Assembly: GCF_000568815.1 (NCBI RefSeq)
Contig: NZ_CP007201.1
Location: 1,705,654-1,745,653 of the forward strand
Origin: Sulfurospirillum multivorans DSM 12446
GTDB taxonomy: Bacteria > Campylobacterota > Campylobacteria > Campylobacterales > Sulfurospirillaceae
Direction of reading: 5' to 3'
Length of the DNA stretch: 40,000 nucleotides
Position numbers and translations under genes: made by a program. The notes under the pieces are model-generated. The model worked only from the letters and a program-made list of their open reading frames with translations, made no database searches and was not told where the DNA came from. Shown piece after piece: positions 9,944 through 17,522 of the stretch. How positions within the stretch are numbered: the stretch's first letter is position 1; the number at the start of each line of letters is the position of its first letter.

Positions 9944-10420
9944 CTACTTGATTAACTCGATAAAATTCCCACGTACATCATCTTCCGAACCACAGTTGGC
10001 AATTCTCTCAGCAACGATGATTGCTCTGTATGCTAATTTAGCATCAGCATTCGTATCAGCTTGCGCTCTTAGACGTGTTAAGATTGTTGACTTGTAACTA
10101 TTCGCTCTCGTGTTATTATAATTATGATGCCATTCGTTCACATTGTTATACTCATTTGAGCATGTTGTAGCCCAATATAAGTCGCTGAATACTGGGAAAA
10201 TACCGGCTAGACTATCATTGTTACCACTACTGTAGGCAAGTCCTGTTAAGATTCCAGCATCAAATTCAGTTGCTTTATCCAAACTCATCGGTGACATCGT
10301 TTTAAATGTCTTGATTTTTTCAAGAGTCTCAGGTGCAAAATTTTGGGTACCGAGTTTCTCTGTCGCGAACGATAGGGTTGATACAAGAGCTAATACTCCA
10401 ACGATTAGTGCTTTTTTCAT
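9944..10420 (-). CDS. Secreted protein (158 aa), shares a module with the 284-aa protein
   Basis: Signal peptide MKKALIVGVLALVSTLSFA. Its start overlaps the upstream stop by 4 nt. Carries motifs DLYWATTCSNE and IANCGSEDDVRGNF. Confidence 0.75.
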   Translation of the reverse strand: MKKALIVGVLALVSTLSFATEKLGTQNFAPETLEKIKTFKTMSPMSLDKATEFDAGILTGLAYSSGNNDSLAGIFPVFSDLYWATTCSNEYNNVNEWHHNYNNTRANSYKSTILTRLRAQADTNADAKLAYRAIIVAERIANCGSEDDVRGNFIELIK

Positions 10421-10917
10421 AAAATACCCTTATTTTCATTTTCAAGATAGCGTTCTAGATCATCTATGCTTTGACATGTAATGATCACCCCTTGGTGATC
10501 TTTTTTTAGTGTTGTATGGAAGATTGTTCTAATAGCCTCATTTTCAAGAACGTAAGATGTTTCATCAATCATCAGAACGGCTCCTTTATCCAGTATTACT
10601 TCGATTTGCTCAAGCACTTTTTCTGATACTTCCTCGCAATAGGACTGTACAATTAAAGCATCATCACATTTATTTTCGATGAACATAGCCTCAAAATCTC
10701 GTGAAGACTGTAAAGGTCTTCTCATCGGATTCTCAAGAAAAGTTCCTGCATCATGAAATGTAGTAATCAAGACAAATGCTGTACCCTCAGCATGAAGCTT
10801 TAAAGCTATTTTTTCCAACTGTACGGTTTTGCCACTACCCATATGCCCTTCTAAAACAGTTTTATCATGTAGTTGAAATTTAACATCGTGATCATGAGTT
10901 ACCATTTTTATAATCAT
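10417..10917 (-). CDS. Small P-loop NTPase (166 aa)
   Basis: Walker A GHMGSGKT and Walker B-like AVLMIDETS. Overlaps both neighbours. An alternative start, MVTH, lies at 10905. Confidence 0.75.
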   Translation of the reverse strand: MIIKMVTHDHDVKFQLHDKTVLEGHMGSGKTVQLEKIALKLHAEGTAFVLITTFHDAGTFLENPMRRPLQSSRDFEAMFIENKCDDALIVQSYCEEVSEKVLEQIEVILDKGAVLMIDETSYVLENEAIRTIFHTTLKKDHQGVIITCQSIDDLERYLENENKGIL

Positions 10918-11515
10918 TTTCTATCCTTTTATTTGATTTTGTTTTCTTATCTATTGGTTTAATATCTGGCGCTTTTTTATCAAATGTAAATTTTGATAAC
11001 TTAAAAGCAGTAACATCTTTTTTAAGATTCATACTTTTAGCCTCTAGCTCAAGACAAATCACATGATCAGCACCTTTGAAAAAGTTATATGCCTCTTCAC
11101 ATGAAGCAAAATCTTTTACATTGCGTGCAATTTGAAGACGAATGCTCTTACCTGGAATAGGAAAGCTAATAAACCAACCTGCTATTGTCAGGCTATATGC
11201 CTCTGCAATTTCCAAGCTTTTTCCAACAAAAAGTTCATTTTCTACCTTTGCTAAATTACCATGTGATTCTTTCGCAATCGCACGAAGTAAATTTTTCGCA
11301 AAAATAGTGATCCCCGTGCCAACATTACCTATAATTACGATATCGCTCTTTTGCCCCATTGTTGCGTCTGGTGCTTTCGCGTAGGCACATATTCGTTTTG
11401 AAAGTTCATTACATATCTCATTTGCAAATGAATCTTTATTTTCAACAATTGGGCACAATTTAGTATTATGATCAGACCAAATGGCAACAAGTTGGTTCAC
11501 ATCAATTCTTTCCAT
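10892..11515 (-). CDS. P-loop-like protein with degenerate Walker A (208 aa from MERIDV start)
   Basis: GNVGTGIT sits where GxxGxGKT is expected (Lys replaced by Ile). I chose ATG 11513-11515 because it follows AAAGGAAAAAGC and lies 10 nt after the upstream stop. The track ORF extends to 11605 and would overlap the upstream gene. Confidence 0.65.
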   Translation of the reverse strand: MERIDVNQLVAIWSDHNTKLCPIVENKDSFANEICNELSKRICAYAKAPDATMGQKSDIVIIGNVGTGITIFAKNLLRAIAKESHGNLAKVENELFVGKSLEIAEAYSLTIAGWFISFPIPGKSIRLQIARNVKDFASCEEAYNFFKGADHVICLELEAKSMNLKKDVTAFKLSKFTFDKKAPDIKPIDKKTKSNKRIENDYKNGNS

Positions 11516-11525
11516 GCTTTTTCCT

Positions 11526-11924
11526 TTATTTGAATGTATAAATTGAATTATTGTCAGGCTTAAACGCCACCTTAACTTTTGTACCGGAGAGCATTTGCAG
11601 TACACCTAAATTCCCATTTTCATCAAAGACCCAACCAGTCTCAATTTTTGGCTTTTCTCCTTCACATATAATAGAATCAACTTTTGCTAAATCACGAGAC
11701 ATACTAATAAGCCCATAACGTTCAACTTGTGCAAGCACTAAACAAGATTTACCATCACGAACAACATCGATCATAACTGGCACAGATTCAGGATGTTTTG
11801 TGTCAAGTTGAAGCCCTATCATTGCAGTGTTTACTCCAAGTCGAACTGTACCGTTGACAACAATCTCTTCACCGGCAAACAAAGCATTTATCATTAGAAA
11901 GGTGATAAAGAAAAGGCTTTTCAT
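11526..11924 (-). CDS. Secreted protein (132 aa), paralog of 9063..9566
   Basis: Signal peptide MKSLFFITFLMINALFA and ATGA overlap with the upstream gene. C-terminus is ETGWVFDENGNLG..LSGTKVKVAFKPD. Confidence 0.8.
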   Translation of the reverse strand: MKSLFFITFLMINALFAGEEIVVNGTVRLGVNTAMIGLQLDTKHPESVPVMIDVVRDGKSCLVLAQVERYGLISMSRDLAKVDSIICEGEKPKIETGWVFDENGNLGVLQMLSGTKVKVAFKPDNNSIYTFK

Positions 11925-12250
11925 TTCGGCTCCTCAATTTTTTTACACTCAGGCCAACTGATTGAAAAAGCTACATCATCAGTTACGATCAATTCATCCT
12001 TGATGGTATACCCTTGAATAATCTTTCCTTGGCACATAAGAGGTTTGCTGAGTGCTATTTCTTTTTTTAACTTAAGTGTTTCTTCGCTAACAACACCGAT
12101 ATAAAGCGCAACTACACAACATAAAGTTACAAATAATGCTTTAGGGAATGTTGCCTCCCACCCATTTTTTGCAATTAACATCATGAATACTGGAAATAAA
12201 AGAAAAAGAGGATAATAAAAGTGACTATGCGTTAAGATGTCTATAAGCAT
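11921..12250 (-). CDS. Small membrane protein (109 aa)
   Basis: Two hydrophobic helices (YYPLFLLFPVFMMLIA, ALFVTLCCVVALYIGVV). Overlaps the upstream gene by 10 nt. Confidence 0.65.
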   Translation of the reverse strand: MLIDILTHSHFYYPLFLLFPVFMMLIAKNGWEATFPKALFVTLCCVVALYIGVVSEETLKLKKEIALSKPLMCQGKIIQGYTIKDELIVTDDVAFSISWPECKKIEEPK

Positions 12251-13209
12251 GTACTCTCCTTTGTAAGTTTAACCACGCAACTACAATCAACGATACGAGG
12301 ATCTAGGATTTCAAATTCGGCTTCAGTGCATATTTCAAATGGCTTCATCCCAAAGGCACGAGATTTTTGAAAAAGCTCTACTTTATCCACCAATGCAAAC
12401 GTATCCAAGATAGTTGCATATTCTTTTCTTAAAGCAACAATGACATCCTGTTCGGCAACAATAATCAGAGGCATGGAAGCTTTTTTATCTTCGTGATAGT
12501 TCTGAAGTAATGTCGTTGCTTCTTTTAATGATGTGTCATGGTTGTTTTCTTCAGGAACCTCATTACTCATATTCTCAACTTCTTTTCTAAGTATTTCCAT
12601 AAGCGGAAATGCATCGTTCATGATTTTCAATTTCTTTTCATCGATGCTGATCGTATCTTCAATACAATTTGGCGAAAGAAATTCGCCGATTTCATTAAAA
12701 TCTTCTTTGGTAAATTGCGATAGATCAACACCTCTTAAGGACAATGCCGCTTTTAAATAACTGGTTGTACGTTCAATTTTAGATAACGGAGAGTTTAGAT
12801 CTACAACCATAAAAAATCCGAATTTTTTCATCGTTCGTAAAAAGTTGACGCTCTCATCAGCATTAAATCTTCTTTTATCGTTTAATGCCCATAAAAGTTC
12901 GCATGTAAGTTTTTTACCCAAAACTTTACTTGTACCTAACACCATAGTATCTAACTCCTCACAACGGTCTACAAAAAAAAGAAAGGATATGGCAAAAGAT
13001 AAAATAAGGATAATGCCAAATAATGGCGATGTAAGAAATGCTTCAGTAGTCATATTAATAACTACTTCACCTTCATAAAGAGACACATACAATAGAATGC
13101 CTGGTATCATAATAAGCATCTTAATAAAGATTTTCATGTAATTTACGGCACCTTGTACCACGTACCAAAGCCCTTTAAGAGCTAATTTCATATAACGCTT
13201 AAACATCAC
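12241..13209 (-). CDS. Membrane-anchored protein with large soluble domain (322 aa), first gene of the operon
   Basis: GTG/ATG start at 13209/13206. N-terminal helices (IKMLIMIPGILLYVSL, LFGIILILSFAISFLFFV) are followed by about 240 aa of soluble sequence. I recognised no motif. Confidence 0.7.
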   Translation of the reverse strand: MMFKRYMKLALKGLWYVVQGAVNYMKIFIKMLIMIPGILLYVSLYEGEVVINMTTEAFLTSPLFGIILILSFAISFLFFVDRCEELDTMVLGTSKVLGKKLTCELLWALNDKRRFNADESVNFLRTMKKFGFFMVVDLNSPLSKIERTTSYLKAALSLRGVDLSQFTKEDFNEIGEFLSPNCIEDTISIDEKKLKIMNDAFPLMEILRKEVENMSNEVPEENNHDTSLKEATTLLQNYHEDKKASMPLIIVAEQDVIVALRKEYATILDTFALVDKVELFQKSRAFGMKPFEICTEAEFEILDPRIVDCSCVVKLTKESTCL

Positions 13210-13302
13210 TTTCCTTTATTTTGTTTTTTAACATTTCTTGCGCTTCCGTCATCATTGTTTTGCTCCAGTAAATTTTTTGTATTTATGCGTAAAATCTGTA
13301 AT

Positions 13303-13533
13303 TTACTCGTTTGTTGTCAAACTTTGAAGCTCTGGCACAGTTACTTCTTTGTAATAGTGATTAATTGCCAAAGAAATGATTTTTGAGACAATTTCAGGTT
13401 TTTTCCCATCGAAACCTTTTAAAGGTGCGATTACATTAATTTTTTTCATAATGTCATCGCTTAGTGCAATTCTTATCGAAGTAGATTTATCTTCATCAAC
13501 TCCATCTTGTCTTATAGTATTTTCTTCAGCCAT
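13303..13533 (-). CDS. Small ribbon-helix-helix-like DNA-binding protein (76 aa)
   Basis: Pattern of a strand (SIRIALSDD) followed by two helices (IMKKINVI, EIVSKIISLAINHYYKE), typical of CopG/Arc-type folds. Lies upstream of the operon and divergent from the xerD-like gene. Fold assignment is by eye only. Confidence 0.5.
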   Translation of the reverse strand: MAEENTIRQDGVDEDKSTSIRIALSDDIMKKINVIAPLKGFDGKKPEIVSKIISLAINHYYKEVTVPELQSLTTNE

Positions 13534-13645
13534 TTTAAATTTCTCCTTTTTTGTAAAATTATTCTAAAATTATAGCATTTAATGTGAATAAATCAATAGT
13601 TCTAATATAAACGATATTTTATTCATTTTTATAATATAAACTATT

Positions 13646-13759
13646 GCTATACTTCATTATATTTGTTATAATTTTGGCGTTTTAAGAAAATGATTTGTAT
13701 CTAAATACAAGTTATTTGAAATTTGCAATACGACATTATGTAATATAATGAAGTATTGC
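13646..13759. promoter_or_regulatory. 18-bp inverted repeat pair in the divergent intergenic region
   Basis: GCTATACTTCATTATATT (13646-13663) matches the reverse complement of 13742-13759 (GCAATACTTCATTATATT) at 17 of 18 positions. The palindrome TTGTAT-ctaa-ATACAA lies between them. Confidence 0.5.
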
Positions 13760-13797
13760 CAAGGCTTCAGAAGAATAAATGCAACGAGGGCTAGAAA

Positions 13798-14745
13798 ATG
13801 AATCAAGAATTATCTGAAAAACTATTATCTTTTTTAAATAACTATGAAAAAAAGCTAAAACATGAAAATAAATCAATTAATACTATAAATAGCTATAAAA
13901 ACACATTAAATCAATTTATTTCATATATATCGTTTATTAGAGACGAAATAAAGCTCGAAACACTAAAACCATCACTAATTTATGGTTTTTTTGATTACAA
14001 AGAAAATTTACTAAAAAAGCAAGGTTCTTTAAAAACTGGAACAAAAAAAGTAGTAACAGCACATTTAAAAACATTTTTCACATTTATTGAGGTCGAGGAT
14101 GATAATTTGTTGGATTTTTCAAAATTATTCAAAGGACTTAAATTCAAGACGGAAAAGAGGGTTCCCCCTAGTCTTGATAAAAATACAAAACAACTCTTAT
14201 TAAATGAGATAGAGAAGAAAATCCTTGAGAAAAATGATTATGTTGCATTCAGGGATTCATTAATGCTCAAACTTATGATATTTGCTGGGTTGAGAATTTC
14301 GGAAGTATTGAAATTAAAATATAAAGCATTTGTTGAAGAGGATGAAAATATTTATAGTTTTTTGGTCATTGGAAAAGGCAACAAAGAAAGGATCACGTAC
14401 ATTGAAAAAGACTTAATTGAAGATGAATTATCTGAACTTCTTTTAATAAAAAAGCCCGATGACTTTCTATGCACCAGTAAAAACAATAAGATTGTACCGA
14501 GACAAAATGTTGACAAAATACTCCGAGCATTTTGTAAACGAGCCAATATTACTCCAACAAGTGCACACAAACTGAGACATACATTTGCCAACAATTTTAC
14601 CAATGAACATGGAGGGAATATTGTGCATCTACAAGATTTGCTTGGGCATGGTGATATTAGAACAACTATGATCTATGTCAACCCTCGACAAGAGGATGTA
14701 AAAAGAGGATTCATACAAGCTTTTAAATTAAATCAGTCAATGTAA
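13798..14745 (+). CDS. XerC/XerD-type tyrosine recombinase (315 aa)
   Basis: AGLRISEVLKL (Arg box), HKLRHTFANNF (H-x-x-R), LLGHGDIRTTMIYVN (His and catalytic Tyr). Confidence 0.9.
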   Translation: MNQELSEKLLSFLNNYEKKLKHENKSINTINSYKNTLNQFISYISFIRDEIKLETLKPSLIYGFFDYKENLLKKQGSLKTGTKKVVTAHLKTFFTFIEVEDDNLLDFSKLFKGLKFKTEKRVPPSLDKNTKQLLLNEIEKKILEKNDYVAFRDSLMLKLMIFAGLRISEVLKLKYKAFVEEDENIYSFLVIGKGNKERITYIEKDLIEDELSELLLIKKPDDFLCTSKNNKIVPRQNVDKILRAFCKRANITPTSAHKLRHTFANNFTNEHGGNIVHLQDLLGHGDIRTTMIYVNPRQEDVKRGFIQAFKLNQSM

Positions 14746-14789
14746 CAAATTAAAAATGAAAACCAAATTACTGATTGGAAGGGAAATTT

Positions 14790-15098
14790 ATGCAAATCAA
14801 TAGATTAAATTTTACAGAGCAACAACTCGAAAGAATTAAATTTTTAACCAAAGAAGAACAAGAAAAATTATCTAAAATTTGTAGTGCTTTGGCTATTGAT
14901 GGTTTATATATTTTTAGTGAAAGCAAAGAAGAATATCCGCTCAGTGATTGTCTTTGTGATATTGCTGACAAGTTGAGAGTTGAGGCTAGTGTTACACGAG
15001 AAGAATATTGCTACCTGTGTGGTGTTATGGGCGCAATGGACTTGGATAAAATCATCAATTTTGTTATCAAAAAGCTAAATAAAAAAATCAAGGAGTGA
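14790..15098 (+). CDS. Hypothetical protein (102 aa from MQINRL start)
   Basis: ORF with GGAAGGGA upstream of ATG 14790. No recognisable motif. Confidence 0.5.
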   Translation: MQINRLNFTEQQLERIKFLTKEEQEKLSKICSALAIDGLYIFSESKEEYPLSDCLCDIADKLRVEASVTREEYCYLCGVMGAMDLDKIINFVIKKLNKKIKE

Positions 15099-15104
15099 TT
15101 CAAC

Positions 15105-15728
15105 ATGTTGTTATTAAATTATTCAAAAAAAGAGTGGTTTTTAATTGGTGCTGGAGTAATGATTTACATTCTCGGCTTACTTTATAGTGCATCGTTCGAT
15201 CTCAATTACCTTGATACATCATTTCGAGAGTTTACGATACGCTTTTTTGTGTGTTCTTTGATATGGGTTGTGCCAAGTTCTACCTCTACGATAACTAAAG
15301 GGATTGGCTTTGAGCAATCATCTGATTTTCATTCATTTCAATATTTATTTGAAAAAGATGGTTCATTCATTGGAGCTGCAACGCTTTTGTTAATAATGGT
15401 GACTATTTTCTCTATTGGAGCACTAATCATTGACTATATTGAAAAAAATTCATCCAATAAAGAAAATGGAACCTCTTTTGAGAAAGAGATGAAAACCTCA
15501 AAAAAGATTCAAATTACCCTACCCTCATCGACAATTACGATGGTTATTGTGATTGTTGTGTCTTACTTTCTTGCGGTAGCGAAATTCGATCAACTTCTAT
15601 CTATGCTTTCGGGTTTTGTCATGGTATTTACTTGCCTCATGTTATTAGGGGCTATCGCTGAGGGCGGTACTTATGAATTTATTGAGCCTGAGCAAGAAGA
15701 ACCGGTTATAAAGGGAGAAGTAGAATGA
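15105..15728 (+). CDS. Integral membrane protein (207 aa)
   Basis: Several hydrophobic helices. Starts 6 nt after the previous stop. Confidence 0.6.
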   Translation: MLLLNYSKKEWFLIGAGVMIYILGLLYSASFDLNYLDTSFREFTIRFFVCSLIWVVPSSTSTITKGIGFEQSSDFHSFQYLFEKDGSFIGAATLLLIMVTIFSIGALIIDYIEKNSSNKENGTSFEKEMKTSKKIQITLPSSTITMVIVIVVSYFLAVAKFDQLLSMLSGFVMVFTCLMLLGAIAEGGTYEFIEPEQEEPVIKGEVE

Positions 15729-15761
15729 AAAACAAATGTAATCCAACAACAAGAATAGACG

Positions 15762-16310
15762 ATGAAAAACACTAATCGCAGTCCTCTTAAGCTCTTTTGG
15801 ACAACTCTTTTGCTTGGGGTTTTTGCATACTTGTGTCTAACATACGCCAACATTGAACATGAAAATATGGGTATGAGGCTTTTAGCTTTTTTCGTGATCT
15901 TTTTTGGTGGCTTTGCATATTTTGCATTTAATTTTGGCATCTTTAGCTTATTGATAATCTCGCTTTCTCAAAGTCGATTTAAAGGCTATTTTGTGCGTTT
16001 ACTTAGCCTTTGTTGGTCGCCTTTTATCTTTTTTTTTAAATATGGCTTGAATAAAATCAATAATTACAATGATCTTCAAAGGCTTTATCAGTCTCTGATT
16101 GAGCCAAGAGCTGCAATGAACGTTTTGATGTTCCTCACTGGTTTTTATGCCACATTACCAGTATTTGCAATTTGGTATCTCGTAGATCAGTTTTACATGA
16201 ACGGATATTTGATGGTCACATTTTTTGTTGCTGGCTTTTTCTTGCACGAATTTGGTCTCGAAATGATCCGAAACATCGTTATCCAAAAAATCCAAAGTTA
16301 TAAGGAGTAG
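15762..16310 (+). CDS. Integral membrane protein (182 aa)
   Basis: Multiple hydrophobic helices (LLLGVFAYLCLTY, LLAFFVIFFGGFAYFAF, and others). Confidence 0.6.
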   Translation: MKNTNRSPLKLFWTTLLLGVFAYLCLTYANIEHENMGMRLLAFFVIFFGGFAYFAFNFGIFSLLIISLSQSRFKGYFVRLLSLCWSPFIFFFKYGLNKINNYNDLQRLYQSLIEPRAAMNVLMFLTGFYATLPVFAIWYLVDQFYMNGYLMVTFFVAGFFLHEFGLEMIRNIVIQKIQSYKE

Positions 16311-16315
16311 TTTTT

Positions 16316-16555
16316 ATGTTGATCATCTATCTATCCACTTATTTTGCATACCTAGCTATTTTGTTGGTCATCGCTTTTTATAGCTTTTGCTTTTCACATA
16401 GCCCATTGCATATTTTTTCTGTAATCGTGGTTTTTATTGGGCTCGTTTTTTTCTTTTATTACCCCTCTTGGAAAATAGTAGTCCTAATTTTAGGTGTTGC
16501 TATTGCCGAGACTATCATTTCTGAAAGGAGAGTAAATGCAACTTGTATCAAGTAA
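16316..16555 (+). CDS. Small membrane protein (79 aa)
   Basis: Almost entirely hydrophobic. Starts 5 nt after the previous stop. Confidence 0.5.
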   Translation: MLIIYLSTYFAYLAILLVIAFYSFCFSHSPLHIFSVIVVFIGLVFFFYYPSWKIVVLILGVAIAETIISERRVNATCIK

Positions 16556-16678
16556 CTCTCAATAAAAGCAAAGGTTCGTCGTATTGCGTGATGAAAATAA
16601 GGTGATCATTCCGATAGATGATCCAAAAAATTTCGAGTTTATTGCAAATAAACTCATCCAACATAAAGAAGGACTCAA

Positions 16679-16960
16679 ATGAACAAATCAGAATTTATCC
16701 AAACAGTTGCCGAGAAATCAGGTTTAACAAAAAAAGCTACTGGCGAAGCAGTAGATGCGATTTTAGAGGTCATTGAAGCTTCCCTAGTTGCCGGTCAAGA
16801 CGTTAATTTTATCGGTTTCGGATCGTTTAGAGTTGCAAACAAAGCAGCTAGAATTGCAAGAGTACCTGGAACAGATAATACGATTGATGTTCCTGCAACA
16901 AAAGCGGTCAAATTTAAAGTGGGTAAGGCTCTTAAAGATTCCGTCGCTTCTGCGAAATAA
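16679..16960 (+). CDS. hup: Histone-like DNA-binding protein HU
   Basis: MNKSEFIQTVAEK..., GFGSFRV, ARVPGT and VKFKVGKALKD closely follow the HU/IHF family pattern. RBS AAGGA is present. Confidence 0.95.
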   Translation: MNKSEFIQTVAEKSGLTKKATGEAVDAILEVIEASLVAGQDVNFIGFGSFRVANKAARIARVPGTDNTIDVPATKAVKFKVGKALKDSVASAK

Positions 16961-16986
16961 TATCTCATTAAAGTACGCCAACATAG

Positions 16987-17023
16987 AGGTTAAATTGTAC
17001 TAACAAATAGTTCAATTTAACCT
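16987..17023. terminator. 11-bp inverted repeat between convergent genes
   Basis: AGGTTAAATTG (16987-16997) pairs with CAATTTAACCT (17013-17023) and is followed by TTTTATTATTT. Confidence 0.5.
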
Positions 17024-17027
17024 TTTA

Positions 17028-17522
17028 TTATTTGAGTAAATTTATATTATTTTCGAACTGTATATTCTTCTTCATCTTAGCTTTCATTTCAATTTCATAA
17101 ATTACTACTCTTAGTTCTTCGTTCTCAATAGTTAGCGTTTCAATTTTTCTACTCAACTTTTTTTTCTGATCTTTTATTTTTTGAAGCTCCTCATCTTTTT
17201 TCTTGATTTCTTTTTTCACTTGGAATAATTGTTCTGCAATTTCTAACTCAGTTGAAGTTACTGATAAAGATTCATATTTACCAATTCGTAGTTCTATCAT
17301 CAACGATTGTATATGTTCAAGTTCTTTATTTCTGAAGGCTGCTTCACTGACACCTTTCTTACGTGGATCAATCTCTTTAGTTTTTGCACTAACAGCTTGT
17401 ATAGTTTTGATTTCAAAATTTTCTTCTAACAACAGAATTGCTTGTCGGATAAGACTAATAGTATTTTCTTTTTTTTCATGTGCATGTTGATTTAAATTTG
17501 GGTTACCTCTTTTTTTTATCAT
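17028..17522 (-). CDS. Coiled-coil small protein (164 aa from MIKKRG start), last gene of the recombinase module
   Basis: Lys/Glu-rich heptad-like C-terminal half (KKEIKKKDEELQKIKDQKKKLSRKIETLTIENEELR). ATG 17520-17522 overlaps the upstream stop by 20 nt. Confidence 0.65.
   Translation of the reverse strand: MIKKRGNPNLNQHAHEKKENTISLIRQAILLLEENFEIKTIQAVSAKTKEIDPRKKGVSEAAFRNKELEHIQSLMIELRIGKYESLSVTSTELEIAEQLFQVKKEIKKKDEELQKIKDQKKKLSRKIETLTIENEELRVVIYEIEMKAKMKKNIQFENNINLLK

Noticed and set aside
13199-13255. 18-codon upstream ORF (MMTEAQEMLKNKIKESDV) with a TGGAG RBS, overlapping the start of the first operon gene
   Set aside because: It could be a leader peptide or coupling ORF. It is very short, has no recognisable regulatory codon pattern, and cannot be supported without conservation data.
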